Shown piece after piece: positions 46,367 through 55,639 of a stretch of DNA of 64,000 bases (its first letter is position 1; every line of letters starts with the position of its first letter). The stretch covers positions 1-64,000 of the forward strand of contig JBHLPF010000018.1 of assembly GCA_048939765.1 (NCBI GenBank), written 5' to 3'. This DNA is from Promethearchaeota archaeon. GTDB taxonomy: Archaea; Asgardarchaeota; Thorarchaeia; Thorarchaeales; Thorarchaeaceae. The position numbers were made by a program, and so were the translations under genes. A model generated the notes under the pieces. It saw only the letters and a program-made list of their open reading frames with translations, was not told the origin of the DNA and made no database searches.

Positions 46367-48022
46367 CTACCGTTTTCTGAACACAACTGCTAATACCACC
46401 ACAGCAACTGCGGCTATGATATAGATTCCATATTCAGCTAATAGTCCAACTATTCCGTCAGGTGGGGGAGGCGGAGTTGTTGGTGGAGTAGTAGGTGTTG
46501 TAACACCTAGGTCATCACGTACTGGTATAACTAGCTGAATTCCCCGATACCATAAACCCGCCGCTTGCACAAATGCTTGGACTGTAATGTTTGTACCATC
46601 AGGTTGAGGAGAAAGGACATAGAAGTAGTTCTCGTCGACTCCCTCACTGGATTCATAAACATTGGAGGTTATTGTGTAGTTTGACCACGCTCCATCGTCA
46701 ATCTTCACCCCCAATTTGACATCTTCAACACCAGGGTACAGCATTTGAGCGTACACAGTTACATTGATCTGCGAGGCGCTTGATGGAATGTAAGGATTCC
46801 AGCCAACATTGACCTGTCCTGTTGCATCGCAATCAGCAATGCCCCAATCATAGTTGTACACTTGTAGGTACCATGCTGCAACACCTTCATGCTGAATTAT
46901 TACGCCTGCCTCACGATTGTCATCTATGCTTGTGCCGCTCCAATTTATGCTGCAGATAAGCACCATCCGTCCATCCACAATAATCGCCTTATTATGGTTC
47001 AGATAGAAGAATCGAGTGTCCATCCACAGGACGGGTATATTCTCCTTTGCCAAGTCCTCAGCTAATTCCTCATTATTTCCTTCACCTTCGTCGGTGATGA
47101 TGCGAACCGTGACTCCACGATGTTTTGCCGCGATGATTGCATCGATGATTGATCTTACCGATGCAGAGCCATTGTTCATATAGGGTATCTGAATATCCAG
47201 CGTCGCCTGTGCACTGTTTATACACCATAAAATGCCTTCTAGGCTAGTATCAGGGCTAAATACAGGCGTCACTTTCATAGTCCCTGAGAAGGTTCCTTCT
47301 TCGCTAAATGGACGAGGATAATAGCTGGTTTCAATTGGTAACCAGGTCAAGGGAGTCCCTGTGCCGTCTGTGCTCTCATTATAGTCAGTCCCTATTGACC
47401 AATCGTAATCAAATACATCGCGATAGTAGCCTGTTACCTCAATATCGGTCATAGCAATTTGCCACTCACGATTGCCTCTGTAATTCTTCTGTGTGAACCC
47501 TCCAGGGGAGGAACCAGGAGTCCACTCATCACGTGGAAAGCTATTCTTAGCCCAATTTCCGGATTGCACAATTGTGGTCTTGTTGTCTATTATAATGAAC
47601 TTCTGATGAGAATATGTGAATGTGTCTGATGTCCAGCGAACGGGTATTCCCAATTGGGTCAGATTCCAAGCGGTATGGATATTGTATTCTCCAAGACTGA
47701 CAACTCCTTCGCTGATTAGAACCTTGATACCTAGAGATGGATTCGCAGCGTATAACTCATGCATCTTATCCAGAAATGCAGGACTGTTGAATTGATATAT
47801 CTCGACATATATGCTCTGCTGAGCAGAATCCAGAAAGTGAAATATCGCATCCATGCTATTGTCCGGAGTGACGAATGTTGTCACATTCATATTCCTTTCA
47901 AAAGTCTGAAGGGTGAATTGACTAGGTATGAAACTGTTTTCGACTGGCGTGCCAAGGGGCACTGCTATGACTGTCACGGGCATAATCAGCACTATTAACA
48001 TGAGTATGGATAAATGACGCAA
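46367..48022 (-). CDS. Secreted, C-terminally anchored phospholipase D-superfamily protein
   Basis: Signal peptide; two HKD motifs (HQKFIIID...SGN and HNKAIIVD...SIN); T/P linker; TM plus RKR. Confidence 0.9.
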   Translation of the reverse strand: MRHLSILMLIVLIMPVTVIAVPLGTPVENSFIPSQFTLQTFERNMNVTTFVTPDNSMDAIFHFLDSAQQSIYVEIYQFNSPAFLDKMHELYAANPSLGIKVLISEGVVSLGEYNIHTAWNLTQLGIPVRWTSDTFTYSHQKFIIIDNKTTIVQSGNWAKNSFPRDEWTPGSSPGGFTQKNYRGNREWQIAMTDIEVTGYYRDVFDYDWSIGTDYNESTDGTGTPLTWLPIETSYYPRPFSEEGTFSGTMKVTPVFSPDTSLEGILWCINSAQATLDIQIPYMNNGSASVRSIIDAIIAAKHRGVTVRIITDEGEGNNEELAEDLAKENIPVLWMDTRFFYLNHNKAIIVDGRMVLICSINWSGTSIDDNREAGVIIQHEGVAAWYLQVYNYDWGIADCDATGQVNVGWNPYIPSSASQINVTVYAQMLYPGVEDVKLGVKIDDGAWSNYTITSNVYESSEGVDENYFYVLSPQPDGTNITVQAFVQAAGLWYRGIQLVIPVRDDLGVTTPTTPPTTPPPPPDGIVGLLAEYGIYIIAAVAVVVLAVVFRKR

Positions 48023-48111
48023 GCGTCCTCACTCTCCTACGGCAAGAGTGCCACATCATTGCTTATCAGTTGTTTGATAAGTACACACTATGAACTCAAC
48101 AAAATTGGAGG

Positions 48112-48381
48112 ATGGTGATAATTCGGAAAGTCAAAGCCCAATATGTCATAGCATCAGGGAAACGTGATGAAGTCATAGAAGCAGTTCAGACAAGATTCGG
48201 ACGCGCACCCAACTACATGGAATCATCTATCCTGATGTACGGTGAGGAAGATAGCGGACTGGAAGTAGTCAAACTGAGTCTTGAAGGAGAGGAAATCAAG
48301 GTACTGGTCACAATCACCGATCAGGATCTGCTTCAGTTCTTCAATGATTTGCTGGGAGAACCAATCAGATTAAAGGGATAG
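48112..48381 (+). CDS. Hypothetical protein
   Basis: 89-aa ORF with GGAGG immediately upstream. Confidence 0.7.
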   Translation: MVIIRKVKAQYVIASGKRDEVIEAVQTRFGRAPNYMESSILMYGEEDSGLEVVKLSLEGEEIKVLVTITDQDLLQFFNDLLGEPIRLKG

Positions 48382-48467
48382 AAAGATTCAGAAGTGGAAT
48401 GTCGAAGACAGGGGATCTACCACAGGAACTGCAGAACTCCCCTGTCTGATTCCTTGTCGCACGGACG

Positions 48468-48650
48468 CTATGCTTCTTCGATAGCGCCCTCTGGGCAACT
48501 GTCGACACAAGCGTAGCATTCAGTGCATTCATCAGCACGATCCACCTGATATTCCGCCTTATCGTTCACAACATATAGAGTTGGATCGACTGGGCAGACG
48601 TCGGCGCATGTGCCGCATGCAGTGCATGCATCAGTTACTTTCCAAATCAT
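48468..48650 (-). CDS. 2x[4Fe-4S] ferredoxin
   Basis: CTACGTCADVCP and CTECYACVDSCP. Confidence 0.93.
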   Translation of the reverse strand: MIWKVTDACTACGTCADVCPVDPTLYVVNDKAEYQVDRADECTECYACVDSCPEGAIEEA

Positions 48651-48829
48651 GGTCAGTCACTTCGCTATCGGACTTCCATGAAAGTCCTACAGGTGAGTGC
48701 CGCCACATGTTACATTTAAACTTCGGGGTTGGACAGAAGTGCCCTTCGCAACTTTCAAAAGGATTCTGTGAAGCCGGGCTGAGAACAGTCAAATAGGCAG
48801 CCAGAGGGCGGATTTGAAAGCTAGGCCAG

Positions 48830-50323
48830 GTGAACATGATGTCGGAAGCCACAGAGCAAGGACCTTCAGAGGGGAAATTTGCTCGGAAGCTCGGGCTCTT
48901 CGGATCGGTCAACCTAGGACTAAGCGCAATGCTCGGGGGTGGTATCTATGTCATCTCTGGCATTGCAGCAGGAATGATCGGCCCTGGGCTGATATTTGCG
49001 TTTCTGGCAACTGGACTGCTGACTGTCTTCACTGCAGTTAATTATGCAGAGTTGGCTTCCTCAATCCCCAAGCAGGGAGGCGGTTATGCCTTTGCTCATG
49101 CCACGTACGGAGGATTTCCTGCATTCTTGACCGGATGGTTTCTCCTGGTAGGCAATGTCGTGGCTTGCGGACTCTATGCGTTGGCTGTGGCACATACCCT
49201 CACGCTATTCATACCATCAGCTACAACCGAGGTGGTGGGCATCTTTGCACTGATAATCATTGCATTTACTCTTGTGACAAACCTAGTGAGTGTAAAGAGT
49301 GTTAGCGGCGTGTTGGGCGTATTCAACATTGCCCAGTCCGTTGTGCTATTCTCGTTCATTGCATTGGGCTTATTTTTCGTACAGCCAGCCAATCTCGATC
49401 CATTCTTTGCTCCAGGAACAGGGTTCTTTGAATTCATGGCCACGGTTTCGTTCATCTATATCAGCTTCATTGGATACCAGCTTATCACTACAGCCTCGGA
49501 GGAGATCAAGGAACCAGCGAAGAATATACCACGAGCGATCCTACTCACTCTTCTCATTGCCACCGCGATTTATGTGTCAGCAGCATTTGTCATGGTGGGT
49601 GTGGTTCCATATACTGAGATTGCGAGCCTTGAGTCGCCTGTTCCAGTGGCTCATGTGTACGGAGCCATGATGGGCCCAGTTGCGTTCTACTTCGGATTGG
49701 CAGGAATGGCTGCTTCGAATTATGCAGCACTCAATGCTACATTCTTGTCAACTGCAAGAGTTGCTTACGCATTAGGGAAAGACCGCTATCTTCCAGCGTT
49801 CTTTGAGAGAGTCAGTCCAAGATTCAAGACACCAATCCCAGCGCTGCTTGTGAGTTTCGTCGTGGTGAGCGCGTTTGCTCTAACAGAGAGAGTTGACCTA
49901 GTAGCTGCGCTCTCAGGACTGGCATATCTTGTTACGCAGACCATCGTGAACTCATCTGTGATTGTGATGAGAATCAGAAGACTGAATGTGCCAGGCACTT
50001 TTAGGGCTAGATTCTTCCCTGCATTTCCTATCCTTGGGATGGCAACCTGTATCTTGTTCATTATCTACCAGTCTTTCGAAGCTCTGCAGATGGGATTTTG
50101 GCTAGCTGTACTGGGCCTCCTGATCTATCTAGGTTATGGCAGAAGTGGGAGTATGAAGAGGCTTCAACAGAGTCGTACTAAGAAAATGGCTGATACTGTG
50201 TTTGCGCCAGAACTGAATCAAGAACATGAGGGGGAAGTCGGGAGATCCATTCCAATTGCAGACACAACGGTTCCACGTATCGAGAAGTCAGTGCCGCGCG
50301 ACGAGGAAATACAAGACGACTAG
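48830..50323 (+). CDS. APC family amino acid permease
   Basis: GAMLG.GI-type TM1, YAELAS.IP..GG.Y, EEIKEP.KNIPRAI and ARVAYALG.D motifs. Confidence 0.93.
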   Translation: MNMMSEATEQGPSEGKFARKLGLFGSVNLGLSAMLGGGIYVISGIAAGMIGPGLIFAFLATGLLTVFTAVNYAELASSIPKQGGGYAFAHATYGGFPAFLTGWFLLVGNVVACGLYALAVAHTLTLFIPSATTEVVGIFALIIIAFTLVTNLVSVKSVSGVLGVFNIAQSVVLFSFIALGLFFVQPANLDPFFAPGTGFFEFMATVSFIYISFIGYQLITTASEEIKEPAKNIPRAILLTLLIATAIYVSAAFVMVGVVPYTEIASLESPVPVAHVYGAMMGPVAFYFGLAGMAASNYAALNATFLSTARVAYALGKDRYLPAFFERVSPRFKTPIPALLVSFVVVSAFALTERVDLVAALSGLAYLVTQTIVNSSVIVMRIRRLNVPGTFRARFFPAFPILGMATCILFIIYQSFEALQMGFWLAVLGLLIYLGYGRSGSMKRLQQSRTKKMADTVFAPELNQEHEGEVGRSIPIADTTVPRIEKSVPRDEEIQDD

Positions 50324-52134
50324 CCATTTTCATCCAGCCATTTCCTGAGTGCTTCAGATGATTTCTGAGTCATCCCCTTGACCTTCGCCATCTCATCCAC
50401 ACTGGCATCTTTGACCTTGTCGAAGCTCCCAAATGCCTCAAGAAGCGCTTGTCGTCTCTTTGGACCAATACCTGGTGCTTCCTCTAGAATCGACCCTGTG
50501 AAGCGCTTCTCTCTTAGCTTGTGATGATACCTCTGAGCAAATCTATGAGCCTCATCTCTGATAGACTGAACCAATCTCAACGCGGCCGATGAAGCCTCAA
50601 GTTCAATCCCATCCTTATCATCCCTTGTGAACAGCAGTTCCTCTCTCTTAGCGAGGGCAACAAGAGGCAAATACTCAAGGCCATGTTCTGCCAGCGCTTT
50701 GTGGGCCGAACTAAGCTGACCCTTACCACCATCGACAAGTATCAAATCCGGCAGGGGATCACCACGAGCTAGTACACCCTTATATCTACGGAATATGACT
50801 TCGTTCATCATTGCATAGTCATCAGGGCTTGTTTTCCCGCGCACCTTGAACATTCTATACTTGGAATTGTCCGGATCTCCATTGATGAATACAACGCAGG
50901 ACCCAGTAGGATCAGTACCTTGGATGTTCGCGATATCAAAGCCTTCGATGTGCATCGGTGCTTGAGTCAGATGAAGCGCTTCCTTCAACTGCTTCACACC
51001 ATCATGAACAATCTCCTCACTGCTTTCACCAAGAATCAGGATCTTCCTTAACGCGCGGTAGGCGTTCTTATTGGCCATTTCCACCAGGTCTTGGGATTTT
51101 TGATCTGAAGGGAGCAGGAACTCAACTACATGCTCGTCTGTTTCTGTGAGCCACTCACCGAGCTTGTCCATCTCAGGAATATCTGTTGGAAGAATAATCT
51201 GGTCTGGGACTCGAGGGATCGTGAAATAAAACTGTCCGACAAACGCTGTCAGAATATCCTGGTCAGGAGTGTCCAAGTCAACATCGAAGTAGAAATTGTC
51301 TTGACCTATCAGTCTGCCATTTCTAACGATTAGCATCTCTACTAAGGCAGCTTGTTCTGTTCTTGAGATACCCAAAATGTCGCGGTTGGTACCCCTGAAC
51401 TCTACCACCTTCTGGCGACTCATCAGAATCTGCATATCAGTGAGCCGGTCTCTTAACTCTGCAGCTTTCTCGAATTCCGTGTTCTCGGATGCCTCTTTCA
51501 TTTGATCCTCTAGCATCTCAGCTACTTCATCGGACCGACCCTCGAGATACATACACATCTGTTCTACCAGAGAGCGGTAGTCTTCTTCGCTAATGTGATC
51601 CTCGCACGGACCCGTACATCTGTCCAGATGATAGTCCATGCAGGCTCGTTTGACCTTAGCGGGATCCTTGCACATTGCAATCGGAATGAATTTCCTTACT
51701 GTGTCCAAGAACCGTTCAAGGCGCTTGGTGCTTCCATATGGTCCAAAGTAGACTGCTCCATCCCGTACTGCATCACGCGTGATTTCAAAAACAGGGTATT
51801 TCGAACCTAGGTCGACTCTAATCCAAGCATGTCGTCTATCATCCTTCAGCTTGATGTTATACGGTGGTCGATGTTTCTGAATCAATGTTGCTTCAAGTAC
51901 AATTGCTTCCTTTTCGGTGTTGGTTACTATAGTATCTAGATCTCTTGCTGCGAACATCATTTCAGCTGTTCTACGATACAGACCATTAGGATTCAGATAG
52001 GAGCTTACCCTTCGCCTGAGGTATTTGCTCTTGCCAATGTAAAGTATCCGCCCATTCTCATCCTTCCAGAGGTATACTCCTGGACCATCGGGCAGGTCAT
52101 TTACAAGCTCGGCAAGGTCAACCATCATAGTCAC
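50320..52134 (-). CDS. uvrC: Excinuclease ABC subunit C
   Basis: GIY-YIG (PGVYLW...YIGKS), Cys cluster, UVR domain (FEKAAELRD), IEGFDIA, LVDGGKGQ, RDEAHRFA and HhH PGIGPKR. Confidence 0.97.
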   Translation of the reverse strand: MTMMVDLAELVNDLPDGPGVYLWKDENGRILYIGKSKYLRRRVSSYLNPNGLYRRTAEMMFAARDLDTIVTNTEKEAIVLEATLIQKHRPPYNIKLKDDRRHAWIRVDLGSKYPVFEITRDAVRDGAVYFGPYGSTKRLERFLDTVRKFIPIAMCKDPAKVKRACMDYHLDRCTGPCEDHISEEDYRSLVEQMCMYLEGRSDEVAEMLEDQMKEASENTEFEKAAELRDRLTDMQILMSRQKVVEFRGTNRDILGISRTEQAALVEMLIVRNGRLIGQDNFYFDVDLDTPDQDILTAFVGQFYFTIPRVPDQIILPTDIPEMDKLGEWLTETDEHVVEFLLPSDQKSQDLVEMANKNAYRALRKILILGESSEEIVHDGVKQLKEALHLTQAPMHIEGFDIANIQGTDPTGSCVVFINGDPDNSKYRMFKVRGKTSPDDYAMMNEVIFRRYKGVLARGDPLPDLILVDGGKGQLSSAHKALAEHGLEYLPLVALAKREELLFTRDDKDGIELEASSAALRLVQSIRDEAHRFAQRYHHKLREKRFTGSILEEAPGIGPKRRQALLEAFGSFDKVKDASVDEMAKVKGMTQKSSEALRKWLDENG

Positions 52135-52209
52135 ATCTAGGGTTCTACCTATCCATAGAAAAAGACCTGCAAATCAGTGATTCGGAAGGTGCCAGATTTC
52201 ACTCGGATT

Positions 52210-52665
52210 TTATTCTGATGCCCGGAGCAAATGGGCACGCCAACTGAGGAGAGCGTCACAGGACGCCCCCTTTGAGCATCCATAATATGTGTAGTGCTCG
52301 CATGATACGCAAGGCGAAACATCTGATGAGATTCCGGAGGGTTTCGTTCCATCAATGCTCTCTTCGAGCTTCTTCAATCTATCAATTCTCTGATCTATTT
52401 CTTCAACAATACTGGTCTTCTTGAGGAGTGACAGAACTTCCTCGAGTTCTTCCCAGTATTGCTTGGGTCGAGGATTCAGGGAGATGGCTTTTCGAATCGC
52501 TTCTTCAGCCTCAAGGTGTCGTCCTCTGGAATTGAGATATTTGCCCAAGGAGAACCAAGTGTGCGCATCTCTGGGAAAAGTCGCTATTCGTCTACGAAGG
52601 TCAGATTCGTAAGCTGACATTTTGAGTGGTGAAACAGAGTCCACTCTTCGTCTACTTGAAGTCAT
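52210..52665 (-). CDS. Small TPR protein with a C-terminal four-Cys motif
   Basis: TPR (WFSLG...EAEEAIRKAISLNP); CVSC.....GC....C. Confidence 0.7.
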   Translation of the reverse strand: MTSSRRRVDSVSPLKMSAYESDLRRRIATFPRDAHTWFSLGKYLNSRGRHLEAEEAIRKAISLNPRPKQYWEELEEVLSLLKKTSIVEEIDQRIDRLKKLEESIDGTKPSGISSDVSPCVSCEHYTYYGCSKGASCDALLSWRAHLLRASE

Positions 52666-52780
52666 TGATGCCTGTCCTCCCGACTGACTAGAGACACTCG
52701 GGAATTTCCACTAATATAAGATTTGGAGACGTATGATAATTTGAAAGGGTCTACGAGAAATCGGCAATAGTTGGCGCGGT

Positions 52781-55639
52781 TCAATTCAGTGGTCCATACC
52801 TGACTGTTCCGCCATACAAAGCATCCCGTAGATGATTGCCTGTATATGACTCCACCGCGTCACAGAGGTCTTCAGGCGTCCCCACTGCGACAACCTGACC
52901 TCCTGCATCTCCACCCTCGGGTCCGAGATCTATCAACCAGTCAGCTGTCTTGATGACTTCTAGATTGTGTTCCACCAAGATGACAGTGTTGCCTCCCTCC
53001 ACTAGTCTATTCAGAACCCTGAGCAGGACATGCACGTCAGAGGCTGAGAGACCGGTAGTTGGCTCGTCGAGCAGGTAGAGAGTCTTCCCGGTGCTGCGTC
53101 GCGAGAGCTCAGAGGCGATCTTCATTCGTTGGCTCTCGCCGCCCGAAAGAGTTGTAGCAGGCTGACCAAGTTCCAGATATCCAAGTCCAACGTCGACCAA
53201 TGTCTGAAGTCTGTCTGCGACCTTTGGGATATCACGGAAGAAATCTAGAGCCTCTTCGATTGTCATTGAGAGGACTTCTGTGATGTTCTTGCCCTTGTAG
53301 GTCACCTCAAGGGTCTCTCTGTCGAAGCGGTTTCCCTTGCACACGTCACAAGTCATGAACACATCACTCATGAAGTGCATCTCAACTCTCAGTACTCCAC
53401 TTCCCTGGCACTTCTCGCAGCGACCCTCACGCGTATTGAATGAGAATCGGCCTTTACTGAATCCTCTTGCTTTGGCCTCAGGCATCTGAGCGAAGAGTGC
53501 TCTTATCGATGCAAAGGTCTGGGTATAGGTTGCCGGGTTGGACCTGGGCGTTCGTCCGATTGGCGACTGGTCAACAAGCACCAATCTATCGATGAACTCA
53601 ATGCCCTCTATTTTATCATGTGCTCCTGGAACTGGAGCAGCTCCACCCATACTCCTACTTAGTGCCTTGTACAGGGTTTCATAGGTCAGGGTGCTCTTCC
53701 CACTTCCAGAAACGCCTGTTACGCAAATGAGCTTGCCTAAGGGGAACTCCACTGTAATATTCTTGAGATTGTGCTGCCTGGCACCTCTCAGTACAATCTT
53801 CGCGCCATTCCCTTCTCGTCTCTCGTTTGGAACGGGGATCTGCTTCTCTCCAGCAAGATACTGCGCGGTGAGTGACTTTGGATCTTTCAGAACATCATCT
53901 GGAGACCCTTCAGCCACCACTTGCCCGCCATGTATGCCGGCAAGGGGACCAAGATCTATGATGTGATCAGCCGCCTGTATTGTATCGCGGTCATGTTCTA
54001 TCACTACCACAGTGTTGCCGAGAGACCTCAGGTGATAGAAGGTTTCGATGAGGCGGTTGATATCGCGAGGATGGAGCCCAATCGAGGGCTCATCTAGACA
54101 GTAAAGCACTCCAGTCAGAGCAGAGCCAATCTGAGTCGCAAGTCGGATTCTCTGGCTCTCACCACCCGAAAGGCTCATTGAGAGCCTGTCAAGATTGAGA
54201 TATTCAAGACCCACAGAGATGAGGAACTTAAGTCGAGCCCGAATCTCCTTCAACACGAGTTCTGCAATCTTCATCTCACGTTCAGTGAGGTCGATTCTCT
54301 CGAAGAAGTCAGCAGCCTCTTCAATTGTCATTGATGTAACAGCATCAATCGGCTTGCCACTCACTGTCACGGCCAGACTCTGAGGCTTTAGCTTTCGACC
54401 ACCGCATGACTCACATGCCATCTTCCTGGAGAGGACATTGGCGATATAGCCTGCACGATATTGGTACCACTGCTTCTCGCTAGTCCTCCCGTCCTCAAAC
54501 ACTTTTTCCAGCCAAGGAATAAGGCCTAGCCATTTCCGTGTTATTTCCCACTGTGATGAATCAGTATATTGAATGTAATGCAATGTTATCTCTGGCTTGC
54601 CCCACATCAAGATATCACGTTGGGAATTGGTGAGCTGGGAATAGCAGTCATCAATTGAAAAGCCAACATGTTCGCCAAGTGCCTCAAGGCGTTCAGTGAA
54701 CCAATGGCGTTCAGCGCCATTGACCCTTCTCCCTATCTCATGAATGGTCATTGATTCATTCGGAACTACAAGTGCAGGGTCAATCGCCATTGTGACTCCA
54801 AGACCATTACATGTTGTACAGGCTCCATCAGGACGGTTGTAGGAGAACGCCTTTGGATCTAGCTTCTCATATTGAATACCACACTTCGGGCACATCAGCT
54901 GTTCAGCGAACATGAGATCAGGTTCTCCTTCGCGTGCAATGACAGCAGCACCTTCACCGGTCTCCAGTGCGGTCTCTAGAGACCCTATGAGTCGTTCTCG
55001 GACCTTCTGGCTTATCTCGAGTCGATCAACAACGACCTCGATGTCATGCTTCTTTCGGCCATCAATCTCAATGCCATCGATGTCATATATTTCACTATCT
55101 ACCCGCACTCTAGCAAAGCCGTTCTTGAGAAGCCCCTCAAGGATTTCCTCGTGCTTTCCTGCCTCGCCTCTCACAACAGGCGCCAGAACAAAGATTCGAT
55201 GACCACCATTCTCACTCAGGAGAAGTCGTGCTGCTGACTCAGCTGTCAGCTGTTCCATTGCACGACCACATTCGACACAGTGAGGCACACCGATGTTGGC
55301 GTAGAGAAGCCGCAGATAGTCGTGGATCTCTGTTGACGTACCAACAGTCGATCTCGGGTTCTTGGTCCTTCCCTTCTGCTCAATCGAGATTGCTGGAGGA
55401 AGTCCCGTAATCTTGTCAACCTTAGGCTTGTCCAGCCTGCCAAGGAAACGCCTGGCATATGAGGAGAGTGACTCAACGTATCTTCTCTGCCCTTCAGCAA
55501 AGATGGTGTCAAAGACTAGGGTAGACTTGCCTGAGCCCGAAGGTCCCGTTACCACTACCAAGCGGTCTCGAGGGATGTCTACGTCTATCTTCTTGAGGTT
55601 GTGTTCCTCAGCTTGACGTACTTTGATGTAGCCAGTCAT
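52781..55639 (-). CDS. uvrA: Excinuclease ABC subunit A, second copy (UvrA')
   Basis: [33 protein letters not shown] twice, [24 protein letters not shown] and Zn fingers. Confidence 0.96.
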   Translation of the reverse strand: MTGYIKVRQAEEHNLKKIDVDIPRDRLVVVTGPSGSGKSTLVFDTIFAEGQRRYVESLSSYARRFLGRLDKPKVDKITGLPPAISIEQKGRTKNPRSTVGTSTEIHDYLRLLYANIGVPHCVECGRAMEQLTAESAARLLLSENGGHRIFVLAPVVRGEAGKHEEILEGLLKNGFARVRVDSEIYDIDGIEIDGRKKHDIEVVVDRLEISQKVRERLIGSLETALETGEGAAVIAREGEPDLMFAEQLMCPKCGIQYEKLDPKAFSYNRPDGACTTCNGLGVTMAIDPALVVPNESMTIHEIGRRVNGAERHWFTERLEALGEHVGFSIDDCYSQLTNSQRDILMWGKPEITLHYIQYTDSSQWEITRKWLGLIPWLEKVFEDGRTSEKQWYQYRAGYIANVLSRKMACESCGGRKLKPQSLAVTVSGKPIDAVTSMTIEEAADFFERIDLTEREMKIAELVLKEIRARLKFLISVGLEYLNLDRLSMSLSGGESQRIRLATQIGSALTGVLYCLDEPSIGLHPRDINRLIETFYHLRSLGNTVVVIEHDRDTIQAADHIIDLGPLAGIHGGQVVAEGSPDDVLKDPKSLTAQYLAGEKQIPVPNERREGNGAKIVLRGARQHNLKNITVEFPLGKLICVTGVSGSGKSTLTYETLYKALSRSMGGAAPVPGAHDKIEGIEFIDRLVLVDQSPIGRTPRSNPATYTQTFASIRALFAQMPEAKARGFSKGRFSFNTREGRCEKCQGSGVLRVEMHFMSDVFMTCDVCKGNRFDRETLEVTYKGKNITEVLSMTIEEALDFFRDIPKVADRLQTLVDVGLGYLELGQPATTLSGGESQRMKIASELSRRSTGKTLYLLDEPTTGLSASDVHVLLRVLNRLVEGGNTVILVEHNLEVIKTADWLIDLGPEGGDAGGQVVAVGTPEDLCDAVESYTGNHLRDALYGGTVRYGPLN

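Noticed and set aside
48406-48447. SECIS element after the ferredoxin gene
   Set aside because: No in-frame TGA in the flanking genes; the hairpin fits the convergent-terminator pattern.
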